Origin: Tubiluchus corallicola
Lineage: Eukaryota; Animalia; Priapulida
Assembly: GCA_030141605.1 (NCBI GenBank)
Contig: JAQGDQ010002366.1
Coordinates: 752,660 to 816,659, forward strand
Direction: 5' to 3'
DNA length: 64,000 nt
In this document: positions 61,792 to 64,000 of the stretch, one piece after another
Numbering within the stretch: position 1 is the first letter of the stretch
Layout of the letters: each line of letters begins with the position of its first letter
Program-made: the position numbers and the translations under genes
The notes under the pieces: model-generated
Told to the model about the DNA's origin: nothing
The model's database searches: none
What the model saw: the letters and a program-made list of their open reading frames with translations, nothing else

Positions 61792-64000
61792 CTGAAATCA
61801 GTTCAAAAAAGTTGTGATTATTAAACAAAATAATTAACATCATTATTAATTCATGTTATTAAACGAAAAAATATGTCATAATTATGGAGCAGGTAAAACC
61901 AATTAAAAATGTGATTTTAGAGAATACCCCATCTCAGACGAAGTTTTGGACTATAATTTAATGCAAAATGCGTTATTTGACGTATTATTACCATTCACAG
62001 CAGTTCAGCAATATATGAAAGCGACCAAACTCATATTAAATTTTAATATTCTTACATTGTACTGACTGGGTGTTTGTTCAATTTTGTCGGAACTGCGTAT
62101 AACATAATTATGAGCTAATACAATTCCCAGGCTGATATTTTATAATTTACAATAGCACTCATGGCAGGTACGGTAATTTTTGAAAAATACTTGGAGAATG
62201 TAGAGTATGCGCTTCTGTGTTTTTATGTACAATTGTACATCGAACGAAACCCAAAACTTAGCAAGCTAGCGTTTAAACAAACTGTAGTGCAGTGAGTGCA
62301 TGGCCATAAAACTAAAAATAAGGTCAATTCGGTAAGACAAGCAGTAAACAGAAATGCACAGAGCACAAAGACTTGGGAACTGCTCAGCAGCACAAATTGC
62401 TTAGTACTTGAACAATAATGTTGTGGGTTTGTATTAATTGGCGTCTGGGAAGTTCAATAAATTTGTGACCATGAAAATTATTAGTGGCTGGCAGGGAAGC
62501 TCTTTCTAACTCCGCGTCAGCTGAAAATGAAGCACTGTCCCATTACAACAACCAAGGAAAAACAGTATGGATTCACAACCAAATGATAAGATTGTTCAAA
62601 TTCAATTACCGTGGATCTAAGTATTTCATTTTCTTAATATGCACTGATTTCGTGCAGCACCCACAGTACCAGAAACTAAACTGGTACCACTCCGCAGTAG
62701 TATTATGATCATCATAACCATGCAACGGGTCGAACGTTGTGTTAACTAAGGTTATAGGCCATCATTTATACATATATAATTATACAGATTAAGCACACGT
62801 AAGACAAAAATTGATTTAATAATGAAAATGCATTTTACAGAATCTAGCCAAAACAATGACAACCTAAGTAATGCCGACATACAGCGACGATTAGTATAAT
62901 CACAAAATTTGTTTGAATGGCGGCTTTGAGACCAGCTAACCTCTAAACAGCATTTAAAAATGCTTCAGTTCAGAAAGAGTGCAGTGCGCAATTCAAAGCG
63001 CTTTCATTTCCAAGTAAAGACAAGTGACTGTGAAATTGCGGGCACACGACAGTTTAACTCTTTAAAGCCGAACATTTCACCTCGAGTCTGAAAATTTGGT
63101 ACGGTCCCAAACCGATTAACATTCATTACTTCCACGCTAATCAGCAATGCATATATGACTCCTATGTGTAATTTAAACAAAGTCCAATCAATTATTTCTA
63201 CATTCACCGTTACATTTAACCATGCAACGTTTGCAAAGAGTTCATTTGTTGGACATTCAGCGCGCACCACGCAAGTCCCCATTCGATTCGAGCTTTTAAA
63301 ATTCGTATAAAAACTTGTATTGGAAATCAATGACTTTCGTGACGTCACAGCAATAAAATGAAGCCAATTCAGACGCTTGACAGTTTATAAAAGTAAAAGA
63401 AATAATCTGAACACCTGCAATTGAGTTCAATAAACATTTAGAGACGCATACAAGCACAAAACTGATGATTAACGCACACGCATAGCAAAAACCATTGCAA
63501 TACAAAGCCTCGAGGAATTGCGACTTTATAATATAATGCGAAGAATATGAATTTCCCTCTGCACACAATCACCGTAAAACATCTTAAATCTCGTGTTAAT
63601 TGACTCGATTTCCTCTAAGCACCTCTGCATGACGTCATCAAGCAATTGTCGCCATATTTCGTGTGCTAATCTACTAAATCTTCCCCTAGTGCACTCTGGA
63701 TGCTCTTAGAACTCAACAGCCGACCCGCGAAAACATTAATCGATGAATTGGTAGTTATGCAAGGAGCCAATGGTGCATTACCATGTCATTTGTTCTAATC
63801 TTGCCAAGAATTTTCCAACATATTAGTAGCGTCTTTGAAATCCATCCCAGTAACATAAACGCTACAGCAATTACAATTTTAAGGTAACAATCGGCGAGAG
63901 TGGTATTTGCCGAGTTTTATCATATAAAACTTGGCATGGTGCCAGCAGCAGTATGGCTTCTCACAAACTTGACGCTTTGCCAGCAGTGAAATCAATACGA

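Noticed and set aside
63004-63568. ORFs as the SLC13 first exon
   Set aside because: No SLC13 N-terminal TM1 signature or suitable phase-0 donor recognised; exon 1 is probably outside the window.

Overview
AT-rich genomic DNA from an invertebrate animal (spliced GT-AG genes; 5S rRNA of a lophotrochozoan-like type), not prokaryotic. Four host genes: a single-exon divergent rhodopsin-class GPCR (4168-5262 +); ETFRF1/LYRM5 (13093-14676 -, missed by the ORF track); DNAI7/CASC1 (20046-44068 +, about 20 coding exons); and an SLC13/INDY-type Na+-coupled carboxylate/sulfate transporter (46716 to >61791 -, exon 1 not found). A young 7.2 kb Gypsy LTR element with Gmr1-like order (Gag-PR-IN-RT-RH) sits in a DNAI7 intron. 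It keeps an intact Gag-PR-IN ORF, but its RT polymerase core is deleted. Other repeats include LINE relics, pogo/Tigger-like MITEs, a 5S-headed SINE-like insert, a tRNA-like relic and micro/minisatellites. Most striking: (1) a protein-level 12-aa tandem array of RxRxxT (Akt-type) sites plus NPxY in the SLC13 cytosolic loop; (2) the RT-less but recently inserted LTR element; (3) the head-to-head ETFRF1-DNAI7 pair, the same arrangement as at human 12p12; (4) the 5S-derived SINE3-like insert with a 9-bp TSD; (5) a minisatellite that copies an SLC13 splice donor 8 times. All calls were made by eye and from recalled family motifs; no searches were run.
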